A stretch of 64,000 nucleotides of DNA from Octopus vulgaris (lineage: Eukaryota), in assembly GCA_951406725.2 (NCBI GenBank), contig OX597820.1:10974001-11038000 (forward strand), in the 5' to 3' direction. The notes beneath the pieces were generated by a model. That model did no database searches. It saw only the letters and a program-made list of their open reading frames with translations, and had not been told where the DNA came from. Shown piece after piece: positions 41,249 to 54,940 of the stretch (position 1 is its first letter; every line of letters begins with the position of its first letter). The position numbers and the translations under genes are program-made.

Positions 41249-41609
41249 TATATATATATATATAGGAGGGGCTTCTTTCAGTTTCCGTCTATGTATGTAT
41301 GTACCCTTACAGAGCATTTTCAAGAGTTTGGAAAGTATGAAATCACCTTTTAGACAATATTATTCCAAGGTGTACTTCAACCCGGATTGGCCGCGTCTAT
41401 CAGGGTCCCAGCATATGGCACAGCTCAGTCGAAATAATAACCCTTACATTGTTATATGTTTTCTCAAATGATTTTAACGTCGTTTACGTTTTCTTAGAAT
41501 CCTACATAAACAGAATTTACTGTATCACTTGTATGGATGGTAATGATGCACGTGACTTTCTTTCTAGTTTCACTTGTATATTTCTAGTGTGTGAAAGATT
41601 AAGTTGATC

Positions 41610-42068
41610 TCGACAGAATATGAACTCAGAACATAGCGACGGGCGATATACCTATTTCTTTACTATCCACAAGGGACTAAACACAGAAGGGACAAACAAG
41701 GACAGACAAACGTATTAAGTCGATTAGATCGACTCCAGTGCGTAACTAATACTTAATCTATCGACCCCGAAAGGATGAAAGGCAAAGTCGACCTCGGCGG
41801 AATTTAAACTCAGAACGTAACGGCAGACGAAATACCTATTTCTTTACTACCCACAAGGGGCTAAATACAGAGAGGACAAACAAGGACAAACAAATGGATT
41901 AAGTCGATTATATTGACCCCAGTGCGTAACTGGTACTTATTTAATCGACCCCGAAAGGATGAAAGGCAAAGTCGACCTCGGCGGAATTTGAACTCAGAAC
42001 GTAACGGCAGACGAAATACCGTTTGGCATTTCGCCCGGCGTGCTAACGAATCTGCCAGCTCGCTGCCT
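41610..42068 (-). mobile_element. SINE family 2 multimer
   Basis: Two full bodies plus a partial third, with the same junction as 31098-31830. Confidence 0.88.
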
Positions 42069-43044
42069 CAATAGTAATAATAATAATAATAATAATAATG
42101 AACGCACATACACAATGTATGTGCTTTGCTAGTTAGTTATCGGTGGGTTGCGTGAGGGGAAAGTCAGTCCCAGACGGACAAGACAACTCAGTCAAGCTTC
42201 GTTCAGGGTCGATGGACATCGTTGTGTCGTTAATTTTGTGACTTTATTAACATCACAAATCCGAACCGAACCTGATGCAACTTCAACAGCTTGTCAATGA
42301 TTATATGTAAAAAAAGTGCAAGAACCGTTTGCTGGTAAGCCCGAATGATGCATACGTGAGGATAAATTCAAATATGGGTTCGAAGCAGCTCGAGTGCTGT
42401 ACACAATATCGAACAGGCATACACTCTATTTGTGCTAGATCGTCTGTCGGCTGCGTGAGGGGAGAAACAATTGAATATAACGAAAGATGAGGCGATATAA
42501 GTTGTATTACATTTTTCCCTGAAGGGAGAGAATAAGATTGCAGAATATTTTGCCTCTGAGACAATTAAAAGTGACGTGGACGGTGCGAACATATTACTGT
42601 GTACATCAATTTTCATCTTGGTGTGAATAAAAGGTGAAAACTAATATTAAGAAAATTACGGAGGTATAAACTTGAACAAAATCAAAGGAAGACGAAGAAA
42701 ACGAAAAGAAAATCTGAACATTAAAATAATGACTTCATTTATAGACCAGAGAATTTAGCAGCTCTGGTAGATTGCGTTTGAAATTTCATTAGCGTATCTT
42801 TTAAGGAGATATACGACCATCACTGTCTAATAAATAGCCAACCACGCGTTAGCGTTAATAGAAAGTCAGTCGGAAGATTTTTAATAAAAATATCTTTTAA
42901 AATTTGTATATATCTTCTCTTGTCTTCTATTATCGTCTCTGACCTATATCAGTCATTGGACTCCGACCATGCTGGAACACTGCCTTGAAGGATTATAGTT
43001 GAACCAGTCAATACCAGTAGTTACTTTTCTTAAAAATAATAAAT

Positions 43045-43283
43045 GCTCCCTTTTAAAGCCTAGCCAGGCTCATGGGCCCGGTTTCCCGGTTCCTATGGCG
43101 TATGTGTTCCCCAGCTGGACGAGACGCCAGTCCATCGCAGCGTTGCACATTTTTGCCAGCTGAATGGACTGGAACAACGTGAAATGAAGTGTTTTGCTCA
43201 AGAACACAACGCGTCGCCTGGTCCAGGAATCGAAACCACAATCTTACGATCATGATGCTGACACCAAGCCATACGCCTCCACA
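43045..43283 (-). mobile_element. tRNA-derived SINE family 3
   Basis: B-box GGTTTCGATTCC on the minus strand; second copy at 59761-60020. Confidence 0.85.
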
Positions 43284-43484
43284 GTCACTTTTCTTACGTT
43301 CTGGTATTTATTCTAGCTGTCTCTTTTTCGAAACCATTAAATTACGGATACATGCAGACAGACCACCATCTGCTGCCAGGTGATGGGCTGCAGACAAACA
43401 TCGCATACACACGGGAGTGGGAGAAATAGTTTTGATTTTGATATTTTTAAAGTTTGAACACGAAGTAGAAAAGTGTCATTGGGC

Positions 43485-43822
43485 GTCTTCTGCTGTAGCC
43501 TCGGGCCGACCAAAGCCTTGTGAGTGGATTTGATAAACGGAAACTAAAAGAAGCCCATCGTATATGTGTGTTTCTGTGTGTGCATGTATGTGCGCGTGTG
43601 TGCATGTGTGTGTGTGTGTGTGAGTATGTACATTTTTGCGTCTGTGTCTGCCCCACACACATCCCCATCACTTGGCAACTGGTTTTTGTGTATGTTTAGG
43701 CCCCCGTAACCTAGCGGTTCGGCAAATGAGGCAGATAGAATAAATACCAGAATCATTTGATTAAAATGCTTTAATGCGGTGCTGTAGCATGGCTGCAATC
43801 TAATGACTGAAACAAATAAAAA
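43485..43822 (+). mobile_element. SINE family 1, 5'-truncated
   Basis: Homologous to the 3' two-thirds of 8461-8870. Confidence 0.8.
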
Positions 43823-43871
43823 ATAACATATAAATAAATTAAACGAATGATATAAAATCTAAAATATTTAC

Positions 43872-44372
43872 CCAGGATATAAAGTACTGAGTTTATCTGG
43901 ATCCAGTTGGGAACATACACAAAATACTGCCCAGTTAAAGTTGAAACCGGTTGGAGTGATTCAATCATCAAAACATATTCATTGTTTTGTTGTTTTGAAT
44001 ATTGTCCGAAGATCACAAATACTGGCTGGTTAGCGACCAGACGAAAACCCGAGAGGCTGCATTGACATGAAATAGTAACCGTCTCAGAATCATTGAGAAC
44101 TAAGACGTGAGAAGAAGGTGATGTTTTGACAAATGGTTTTAATATTGATTTAGATGAATCATGTGATGGCGGTGTGGTTAATGTTAAAGTGGTGTTGTTG
44201 TTATAACTCATGATGACCGTGAAATTGAAATAATTCGTTCCAGGCTGCTGGGAATTTGGTAAAATCGGGATAACGTATATATATCCCAAGCTTGATAAAG
44301 AATAGACGAGATAGACGTCGTGAAGATACTCCACATAGACACTTATCACTTGGGATGAAGATAATTTGTAGC
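43872..44372 (-). CDS. IgGFc-binding-domain membrane protein, internal exon (501 nt)
   Basis: Acceptor tttatttttcag|GC, donor G|gtaaat, phase 1-1. GYKLSSSQVISVY, DVYLVYSLSSLGYIY, LSGFRLVANQPVFVIFG and IESLQPVSTL parallel FCGBP N-terminal motifs. Confidence 0.9.
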
Positions 44373-44484
44373 CTGAAAAATAAAAACGTGGCTCATTAAG
44401 TTAGAATACATCGTTGCTTTAAAAAATTATTTGGTTACATTTGGTTATTTTAGGGGACTGGAAATCGATTACATCCACCTCAAT

Positions 44485-44631
44485 TAGCTACATTATTTAC
44501 ATTCGAGGGATATTTGCCCTCATCTTGTTTGTTGTTAACACAACGTTTTGGCTTATATACCCTCCAACCTACTTCAGGTGTCTTGGGGAAATTTCGAACC
44601 TGGGTTCTCATTCCTAAGGTATTTTTCGATG

Positions 44632-44694
<63 letters not shown>

Positions 44695-44917
44695 TCATTA
44701 CCTGGAATCGAACTCGGAATCTTGCGGTTAGTAGCCCGTGCTCTTAACCACTACGCCATATGCCCTTCTTCAAGACACCTGAAGAAGGTTGGAGGGTATA
44801 TCAGCCGAAACGTTGTGTTAACAACAAACAAGATGAGGACAAATATCCATCAAATGTAAATAATGTAAATAATGTAAATAATGTACATAATTCCTCATCT
44901 CTTAAATATAGAACTGT
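44485..44917. mobile_element. Inverted dimer of the tRNA/hammerhead element
   Basis: Minus copy with tRNA head 44490-44765; 5'-truncated plus copy 44771-44917 with hammerhead motif 44774-44819; flanking atc(c/g)acctcaat at 44473-44484 and 44918-44929. Confidence 0.9.
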
Positions 44918-45182
44918 ATCGACCTCAATGTTCTACTGGTATTTATTTCATTGACTGCAAATGAATGAAAGGTAAAGTCGACCTCGAGTGAATTTTAGCT
45001 ACTAAGCATTTTTTCCGGCATGCGAACGTTTCTCCTAGTTCGCCACCTTAATAGCCTTCCTATTATAGGCAAAAGACATGAACTTTTGTGGTTGGGCGGG
45101 GAGCTAGTCGAATATGTCGACACCATTGCTTTACTAGCACTTTTTTATCGACCCCGAGTGTATGAAAGGTAAAATCAACCTC

Positions 45183-45409
45183 GCGAGCTGACAGAATCGT
45201 TAGTACACTGGACGAAATGCTTAGCGGTATTTCGTCTGTCGCTACGTTCTGAGTTCAAATTCCGCCGAGGTCGACTTTGCCTTTCATCCTTTCGGGGTCG
45301 ATTAAATAAGTACCAGTTACGCACTGGCGTCTATATAATCGACTTAATCCGTTTGTCTGTCCTTGTTTGTCCCTTCTGTGTTTAGCCCCTTGTGGGTAGT
45401 AAAGAAATA
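45183..45409 (+). mobile_element. SINE family 2 monomer nested in an older antisense copy
   Basis: TSD (a)ggtaaaatcaacctc at about 45167-45182 and 45409-45424. Confidence 0.88.
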
Positions 45410-45824
45410 GGTAAAATCAACCTCGGAAGATCTTCAACTCAGTACGTGTAGAACCGGAAGAAATGCTGCTTAGCATTTTGTCCGGCGAAGTTAAGATACA
45501 ACCAGCTCGACACCGTAATTAAATTAAGAAAGTATACGTGTTTCAGATTCTGAATGGGCGCCAAGTAATGGAATTAGAAGGCCTTTCGTTGTCAGAGTTT
45601 CAAATATATTCGAGAGGAAAGCTAAAAATACATACTTTTGAAGAAGGATTTATATTTATGCCATTTTGAGCCACAGACGGAGACAATAAATTCAAACGAA
45701 GAAACTAAAGGAAAAAAGACGCTGTTAAAATTAGATTCGGTTTTAAACGCAAATTGATGCTTTGAATACTAAGTTCTAAATACACATACGTACATATATA
45801 AAGACATATATATATATGTGTGTG

Positions 45825-45858
<34 letters not shown>

Positions 45859-45928
45859 CGTGCGTGTGTGTGTATGTGTATGTGTGTGTGAGCGTATATA
45901 TATATATATATATACACACGCACACAAA

Positions 45929-46232
45929 CATATTTATATACACGCATACATACATATATATATGCATGATTGCGCTCGTACGTACGTATGTATGTATATG
46001 TATATATACATACACACACACGCACACACACACACATATATTTATATACACGCATACACATATATATATATGCATGATTGCGCTCGTACGTACGTATGTA
46101 TGTATATGTATATATACACACACACACGCACACACACACACATATATTTATATACACGCATACATATATATATATATGCATGATTGCGCTCGTACGTACG
46201 TATGTATGTATATGTATATATATACACACACA
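45929..46232. repeat. Three-copy ~110-120-bp minisatellite built from dinucleotide tracts
   Basis: atgcatgattgcgctcgtacgtacg recurs at about 45962, 46070 and 46176. Confidence 0.9.
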
Positions 46233-46541
46233 CATGGATGTATTCATATGCGTGTGTGCGTATATGTGTATATTGTATACCTATATTTATGTATATATAT
46301 ATACATATACATACATACATTTATGCATATATGTATATGTATATCTATATATGTATGTATATATACATGTATATATGTGTGCGTGTGTGTGTATGAATGT
46401 GAGAATTTATACACAACACACACCTTAATTTACTTGCATACGCATCACATAATGGTGTGTGCGCGGGCGCGTGCACGCATGCGCATATGTGAGAGTAACC
46501 TCATTCGATCTTATCACAGTTATTTATTTTATAAACATAAC

Positions 46542-46579
<38 letters not shown>

Positions 46580-46879
46580 CACGCATGCATACACACACAC
46601 AACACGTTATACACACACGTTAACATATGAAGAATCGAGCAAACGGTTTTAATTAGTCGCCATAAAAGCAACAATGTGAACGATTGAAATCAATATATAT
46701 CTAACAATGGTCATTGTTAATCATTGGATTTGTAACCCGTCAGTTTAAAGCTTGAACTTTCAATCTACTTTTGATTGCTATCATATCTTTATGAGATTAT
46801 TGATCCTTCGTTGTTATCGACGATGAGCATTTGGTTGTTCGATTAACTGGACAAACCTCATCGTTAAATTTAATATTTC

Positions 46880-47293
46880 TTTTACTCTTTTACTCTTTCA
46901 CTTGTTTCAGTCATTTGACTGCGGCCATGCTGGAGCACCGCCTTTAATCGAGCAACTCGATCCCGGGACTTATTCTTTTGTAAGCCCAGTACTTATCCTA
47001 TCGGTCTCTTTTGCCGAGCGGCTAAGTAACGGGGACATAAACACACCAGCATCGGTTGTCAAGCAATGCCAGGGGACAAACACAGACACACAAACACACA
47101 CACGCATATATATATATATACATATATACGACGGGCTTCTTTCAGTTTCCGTCTACCAAATCCACTCACAAGGCTTTGGTCGGCCCGAGGCTCTAGTAGA
47201 AGACACTTGCCCAAGGTGCCACGCAGTGGGACTGAACCCAGAACCATGTGATTGGTAAGCAAGCTACTTACCACACAGCCACTCCTGCGCCTA
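46880..47293 (-). mobile_element. SINE family 1, full length and well preserved
   Basis: Near reverse complement of 8461-8870. Confidence 0.92.
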
Positions 47294-47468
47294 TGATTTA
47301 CACAGTAATCATAAGAAAAGCAGTGTTGTAAATAAACAAACAGATGAGTTTAATATGAATGGGGTGTATTTGACACGTAAAAAGGCCGCACTCACTGCTG
47401 CTTGCCCTGGGGAAAAAATTCTCCATTTAGATAATAGATGTTAGATTCTTAGCCTTGAACAACTGGTA

Positions 47469-47721
47469 GCAAGTGCTACCAGTTGTAGGCTCTAACGCTA
47501 GCAAGTTTCAGGGGTCATCCAGAGGAAATGCGCTCCGTTTTGGGGCCTACCTCTCAACAGCATCGTTGTGCACAAGCCCCTTCACTGAAATGAAGCCCCC
47601 GCTTCCGATATCAACTGGTTATCAGATTTCGCTCAATATTCTTCTAGTCATTGCTCGTCGTCTCTTGTTAACCAAATCCAGTGGTTTGCCTTTTCCACTG
47701 TAGTTTGGATGTTCCTCATGG
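47469..47721 (-). mobile_element. Hero-like non-LTR retrotransposon 3' end
   Basis: IQTTVEKANHWIWLTR resembles the Hero 'EKAS.W.W.KR' terminus; homologous to 56568-56830. Confidence 0.7.
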
Positions 47722-48459
47722 AGAGAGGGTAAGTTGATTACATCACCCCTTATTTTATCAACCCCGAAAGGATAAACAGCAAAGTCGACCAATAGTCTTA
47801 TGAACCGCACCCCCTTTCTAGCTTCTTTGCAACAGAAGCAACACTTAAATGACTCTAGAAACCTTCGTTTCCTTATTGTAAACCAGCATCAAAACGCGCA
47901 ACTCTGCTTTATGCTGAACAAAATATTGTAGTAAGCATGTAAAAGCAGTTTTGTGAGTAAACCAACATTTATGGCGGTTCAATTTATTTGGGATATATCT
48001 GACCTGTAATAAAGGCCGTATCCACTGCAGTTTGCCTTTGAGAAAATTTTTTGCTCTAGATAGTAGGTGAGGACATAGTTGTGTGGTTAAAAGGATAGAT
48101 TTATAACCACGTGATTTCGGGTTCAGTTCCACTGTGTGGCATCTGGGCAAGTGGTAGTCTACTATAGCCCCAAGCTGATCAATGTCTTGAGAGTAAATTT
48201 TTAGCCGGAAACAGTGAGGAACCCCGTCGTGTGTTTGCATCTGTATTTGTCATAACCTTCCCTACTTGACAACAGGTCTCAGTTAATCCCCATGACTTAA
48301 CGGTTTGTCACCAGAAAAACCGATAGAATACGTAGCAAACTTGAAAAACGTGTTCTGCGGTCAATTCGTTTGACTAAAACGCAAAATACTTCAACGCGAT
48401 GCCCCAGCATGGTCGCAGTCCAATGACTGAAACAAGCAACAGAAAGAAGATAAATATGA

Positions 48460-49500
48460 ATATTCTTTTCTACTCTAGACACAAGGCCCGAAATTTTATG
48501 GGGAAGGGTCCCAGTCGATTAGATCGACTCCAGGTCGCAACTGGTACTTAATTTATCAACCCCGAAAGGATTAAAGGCAAAGTCTACCTTGGCGGAATTT
48601 GAACTCAGAACGTAAAGACAGACAGCTAAGCATTTCCTCCGTCGTGTTAATGTTTCTGCCAGCTCGCCGCCTTTATAAATAAGAATATTCTTTTCTACTC
48701 TAGGCAAAAGGCCCGAAATTTTTTTTTTGGGGGGGGGGGCAGGCAATTAGATCGACCCCAATATGCAACTGGTAATTAATTTATCAACCCCGAAAGGATG
48801 AAAGGCAAAGTCGACCTCGACGGTATTTGAACTCAGAACGTAAAGACAAACAAAATAGCGCTAAGGATCTCGCACGGCGTGCTAACGATTCTTATTTCTT
48901 TATTGTCCACAAGAGACTAAACATAGAGGGGACAAAAAAGGACAGACAAAGGGATTAAGTCGGTTATATCGACCCCAGTGCGTAACTGGTATTTATTTAA
49001 TCAACCCCGAAAGGATGAAAGGCAAAGTCGACCTCGGCGGAATTTGAACTCAGAACGTAAAGACAAACGAAATACCTATTTCTTTACTACAAACAAAGGG
49101 CTACACACAGAGGGGACAAACAAGGACAGACAAAGGGATTAAGTCGGTTATATCGATCCCAGTGCGCAACTGGTACTTATTTAATCGACCCTGAAAGGTT
49201 GAAAGGCAAAGTCGACCTCGGCGGAATTTGAACTCAGAACGTAACGACAGACGAAATACCTATTTCTATTTCTTTACTACCCACAAGGGGCTAAACACAG
49301 AGAGGACAAACAAGGAGAGACAAACGGACTAAGTCGATTATTTCGACCCCAGTGCGTAACTGGTACTTATTTAATCGACCCCGAAAAGATAAAAGGCAAA
49401 GTCGACCTCGGCGGAATTTGAACTCAGAACGTAGCGGCATACGAAATACCGCTAAGCATTTCGCCCGGCGTGCTAACGTTTCTGCCAGCTCGTCGCCATA
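48460..49500 (-). mobile_element. SINE family 2 cluster: a monomer plus a four-body multimer
   Basis: Five bodies in total; target repeat ataaata(t/a)gaatatt at about 48450, 48675 and 49501. Confidence 0.9.
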
Positions 49501-49953
49501 ATAAATAAGAATATTGATACAGGAGTGAAAAAGAAAATTCATTTCTATTCACTGATACCCGGAAATGCATTCTTCTTTTATCATATTGCTGCCTCGTCTA
49601 CCCGTATATCGTAGTGAGCAAATTACAAGTCCATCTTAATTACAATATAGAAACAGAAAAGAAAAAAAAAGTGTTTAGCGACGATATTAACTTTACAACA
49701 AAGCCAAGGATGCTTGCATTTTTCAGGTTTCAAAAGTCGGAAATCAATGCAATTAACAAAATCAATATGTACATACGAACACTGACTCAGTGCATATATG
49801 TGTGAATATGTATATATATATGTGTGTGTGTGTGAATATGTATATGTGTGTGTGTCTGTGTGTGTCTGTGTATACATGTACACATACATAATACACACAC
49901 ACGTGCCGATATGTATGCATGTATGTATATATCGATTTATCTTTCTCTCCTAC

Positions 49954-50044
<91 letters not shown>

Positions 50045-50510
50045 TTTGTGTGTATACAAGCACACATACATAATACACACACACGTGTACATATGTATGC
50101 GTGTATGTACGCCAGTATGTATATATGTATCTATCTATTTATCTTTCTCTCCTCTCTCTCTATATATATTTTTATGTGTGTGTGTGTGTCTATACCTCGC
50201 ATGTGTGTGTGTATCTCGTATACGAATATATGAGTCTGTATATGTGTATGTATGCTTATGTGTACGTTTATCTCCCTATCACTTGACAATCCGTCTGACT
50301 TTGATTAAGTCCCCAAAACAAAGCGGTTCAACTAAAGAATTCGATAAAATACGTATCACATATTAAATTATTAGAGGTGATTTGTTCGACTAAACCCTTC
50401 AATGCAGTGCTGCAGTATGGCCGCAATCCAGTAACTGGAACAAGTAAAACAATAAAAGATCACACACACACACACACGCACGCACACACACACACACATA
50501 TATATATATA

Positions 50511-50693
50511 GGCGCAAGAGTGGCTGTGTGGTGAGTAGCTTGCTTACCCACTGCGGTCCAGTCCCACTGCGTAGCACCTTGGGTAAGTGTCTTCTACTAT
50601 AGCCTCGGGCCGACAAATGCCTTGTGAGTGGATTTGGTAGGCGGAAACTGAAAGCCCATCCTATATACATACATATGTGTGTGTGTTTGTATG

Positions 50694-50754
<61 letters not shown>

Positions 50755-50950
50755 TGTGTCTGTGTTTGTTCCCCCAACATCGCTTGACAACTGACGCCGG
50801 TGTGTTTACGTCCCTGTAACTTAGCGGCTCGGCAAAATAGAACGATAAAATATGTACTAGGCTTACAAAGAATAAGTCCTGGGGTCGATGTGCTTGACTA
50901 AAGGCGAAGCTCCAGCATGGACACAGTCAACTGACAGAAACAAATAAAAG
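50511..50950 (+). mobile_element. SINE family 1
   Basis: Homologous to 8461-8870. Confidence 0.88.
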
Positions 50951-51389
50951 AATTATATATATATGTATATATATATTATACTCTTTCCGATATTTAATGT
51001 TATTTTCGATTCGGTTTTGTTAGCTATTCTACCATTCTTATTCTTATTTTTTAATCACTGCTTTTAGTTATTGAAACAGTTAGCGTTTGTCGCACAACGT
51101 AGGAGCGCATCTCTCGATTCAAAACTGATGAAATCAATCGTAAATATTGTGTATATATTTTCAGGAAATTATTTATATGCAGTGGGGTTAAAAACGGTTT
51201 GGTACCGAAACAACTGTAACATGTAACAAGAGCACTCAAAGAGTGCAAACTCCGCCAAGGAAACATCAATGTCTTCCCAACGATTAGCCAGAGATGATTT
51301 TTAAAATGGGATTATCTGAAATAAACTCAACTGCTCTCACAAACGAGAATGCTTAAAATGAACCCGACTGCTCTCAAATATTAAGTAAA

Positions 51390-51596
51390 AAGAAAAACTA
51401 GAAAAATTATCCAGAACCCTTGTCTGGTACCAGATCGATGCCAAAATCTAATTAATTTGTGCCAGTCACGAGGCAAACATCCCTGAAAGTTTCATCTGAA
51501 TTCATCCAACGGTTCTTGAGATATCTCGAGACAAACAAACAAGCAAACAAACACGATAGTAAACAACACTTCCGCCTTCGCTAAGGCGGAGTAAAT
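51390..51596 (+). mobile_element. Helentron-associated (HINE-like) element end
   Basis: aaagtttcat...ggttcttgagatat-(acaa)n, then terminal hairpin tccgcctt cgct aaggcgga. Confidence 0.55.
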
Positions 51597-51939
51597 AAAG
51601 ATGCACTAGAAAAGTGACGCGTAGCTTACATTAACAATTTCATGGGTAAACTGTTGCTGGACTCACGCCTATGGGATCATGCACGTCGTACTTAGGAATA
51701 TGGTTGTTACATAAGTTAGAGCCGTCTTGAAACAGATGTCGAGATGAGACTTTACATAATTCTCTTCAGCTTTGTTTATTTTCTTCGTATTTTGTAATCT
51801 GTATTTTGTGTTCTTAAAGCTAATTTCGATACCGGGGTGTTGGCCCGCGAGAGAATAATTTCCCACTCATTTTGAGCACTAGCCTGTGATATTATATTAA
51901 ACTTATATCATGTTCACCTACTCTCTACCTCTCACCCCC

Positions 51940-51986
<47 letters not shown>

Positions 51987-51989
51987 CGA

Positions 51990-52130
51990 ATGGCCACAAC
52001 GTGGAGAACCTTTATGCTAGAAGTAGATCCACTATGGTCTTCCCATTAAGAAATGTTCTCAAGAAAATTTCTTACTGGTAAGATCATAGCGGGTCTACTT
52101 ATAGCATAAGGGTTGTCCACGTTGTGGTAA
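51990..52130. repeat. Imperfect ~140-bp palindrome between (TA)n tracts
   Basis: ccacaacgtgga..cctttatgcta..taagaaa pairs with tttctta..tagcataagg..tccacgttgtgg. Confidence 0.85.
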
Positions 52131-52235
52131 TCCTTTTTATATGTATGTAATATAATTTTCTGAACCTTCAGATTTTAATATGCTACACCAGTATTAAATT
52201 GATATTAATCAAATTAATATTCAATTTCTCACCCT

Positions 52236-52281
<46 letters not shown>

Positions 52282-53179
52282 TGCTTTCCTTTATAAAGTT
52301 GTATATAAAAACAACACTAAACTGAAGGGTTGCTCAATATATTTTGCGGGGATGCATGCTTATTAAACTTTTACAAGAAGAAGGGTCACATTGACTTGGG
52401 AGTTTCGGCTTGATACCCTTTATGTGTGTGTATGTATGTGTGTGTGTGTATGTGTGTGCGCGTGCGAGTATGCGTGCATGCGTGTATGTGTTTGTATGTA
52501 TGCGTGTGCACTTATATATATGTATTATTCTATATTCATATACATGTTTTTATGTATGTATATGAGTGAGAGAAATGTGTGAGTATATGTGTGGGAGAGA
52601 AAGGGAGAGAAAGAAAAAGAGAGAGAAAGCGAATGAGAGAGAGCGGGGGAGCTCGTTATATTAGAGTAATTCCCAGATATTGTTAATATGCACAGTGCTA
52701 TACGTTCGATCTGACAATATATTTGAGCACTTTTTCAACGACCGTATAGTTATCAATCATCAATATTTTCTGGTTGTTCTGATTCCGAATCACTTCCAAT
52801 GTTTGTACAAGATGCAATCGGTTGCTTTAAATATATATTCTAGCTTCAATAATCTTTCAAAATGTCTGAATTTTATTTATAACACTAACTCGGTGAATCG
52901 AAAGTTAATTAAATGCTACCAGGATTTGCCGACTTAACCGTAAATCACAACACCAACTCAAGCAACAAATTATCCGGTCCGTTTCCATTACCACTAATGC
53001 GGTGCTTAACCAACAATATATATGACAGTAAATGTATTATATCATGTACGAACTTACGAATTTGATAAGGTAGAAACCGTGATGTAGAATAGGTATTTGT
53101 ATAAACAGTTTCCTCTGCTACGCTCCTGTTTCGCTTTTGTTTTTATTTGAATATCTTTATCCCAGCTATATTATGCATA

Positions 53180-53311
<132 letters not shown>

Positions 53312-53502
53312 ACTTGCTAAACTAAAATCAGAAACCAATTGATCCAGGAAACTTGATGGTAAAATGTTTTTATTTTTTCATATCGTTCTGTCGAATTTTA
53401 TCCCTAATTTTGTGGTTATAGAATCTAGTTGTTCTTTCTAGTGTGTTGAATCCCACGAGTGGATTCCTCATTTGTTTAAATGTACACTGTATTTTATGAC
53501 TA

Positions 53503-53536
<34 letters not shown>

Positions 53537-53555
53537 GTATATGTATATATATATG

Positions 53556-53703
<148 letters not shown>

Positions 53704-54151
53704 TATATAAGCATATATTGTATATGTTTGCATATACAAGCGCATACATGCATACATACACATCAAACATTTTGTTCTTAGACAAGAAATGAAATGAGAA
53801 ATTAGTTGGGTCATGTGATCATTTTTGTTAGTTGTATTATATGGTCATATCTTGTTAATTGGGTTATGTGGTCATGACTTTTTTCTTTTTTTTTTTGGTG
53901 GTGGTGGTGGTGGGGGTAATTGTCAGAATCGGTAGAGCATCAGATGAAATATCTTGTGACATTTATTTCCGCGTTTTTCTGCTCGGTGGGAATCTTGACA
54001 AGTTTAACGTCATTTTACTCCTTCAGAATTCGATCTCCGTCTAGGGTGGTTGGCTAGTGGAATCGATAAAGCATTTTACGAGATATCTTGTGCCATTTGT
54101 TCCGGTTTTTGTGTTCTGTGTTCAAATCCCGTCGTCAACTAATTTACTGAT

Positions 54152-54473
54152 TAAAGATTGTTTGCCAGTATAACAGGGCAGTCCTGGTTGAGGACGAATG
54201 TTGCTGTAATTTAGTCCCAGGAGACATCGTCTCTAGCTGGCTATAAGACACGATCTGTGTCCTTATATTTTCGAACAAAGGAATAAGCACCCTTGTTCGA
54301 AAATGTAAGGACACAAATCGTGTTATAGCCAGCTGGAGACGATGTATCCTGGGGTTAAATTTCAGCAACATTAGTCCTAAACCAGGACTGCCATGTTATG
54401 TTGGCAAACACTCTTTACTCCAAAGTACTGTTGCTGAATATCTCTCGTTGTGAGATTTGAAAATAGTAATTTT
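54152..54473. mobile_element. Foldback insertion (~125-bp arms plus tail), same family as 16972-17295
   Basis: 54152-54279 pairs with 54293-54417; direct repeat ctaatttactgat at 54139-54151 and 54474-54486. Confidence 0.88.
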
Positions 54474-54940
54474 CTAATTTACTGATAGACTTAATCTTGG
54501 TTCTTTTATATATTTAGCAGAGTTTTTATTTGTGTTTGGTCTGAACCTCAAGATCAAGGATAAGTTCATCTTCACTCCCAACAATCTCGGTGGCCTGAAG
54601 GAAATCACGGGTATTTGCTTTTCGTATTAACTTGGTGATAAGAAAATATATCATCATCTTTAGCAAGACAACAAAATATGACTGAGTCGCTATATCCATC
54701 TGAAATCACTTACGGAGGAACACTCTATGTTCTTTAGAACCGGATGAGCGCTGGTTAAATAAGTAAACCATTTTATCAAAGGCATAACCATCTCGTCTTT
54801 TCTGATAGTTTATGTCATTCTACACCATCCAGTATGTCTTTGTTTTTAAAGAAGGTAGAAACTTATTTCGAGGTGTAATGGCTTCTGCTGACCAAGAGAC
54901 TACTCAAAGGCTACGTCTATAAGTTTCAAAGTCTGATCAA

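Noticed and set aside
42301-42616. Additional exon of the IgGFc-binding gene
   Set aside because: No good splice sites, and exons 43872 and 39709 already join in frame with continuous domain motifs.
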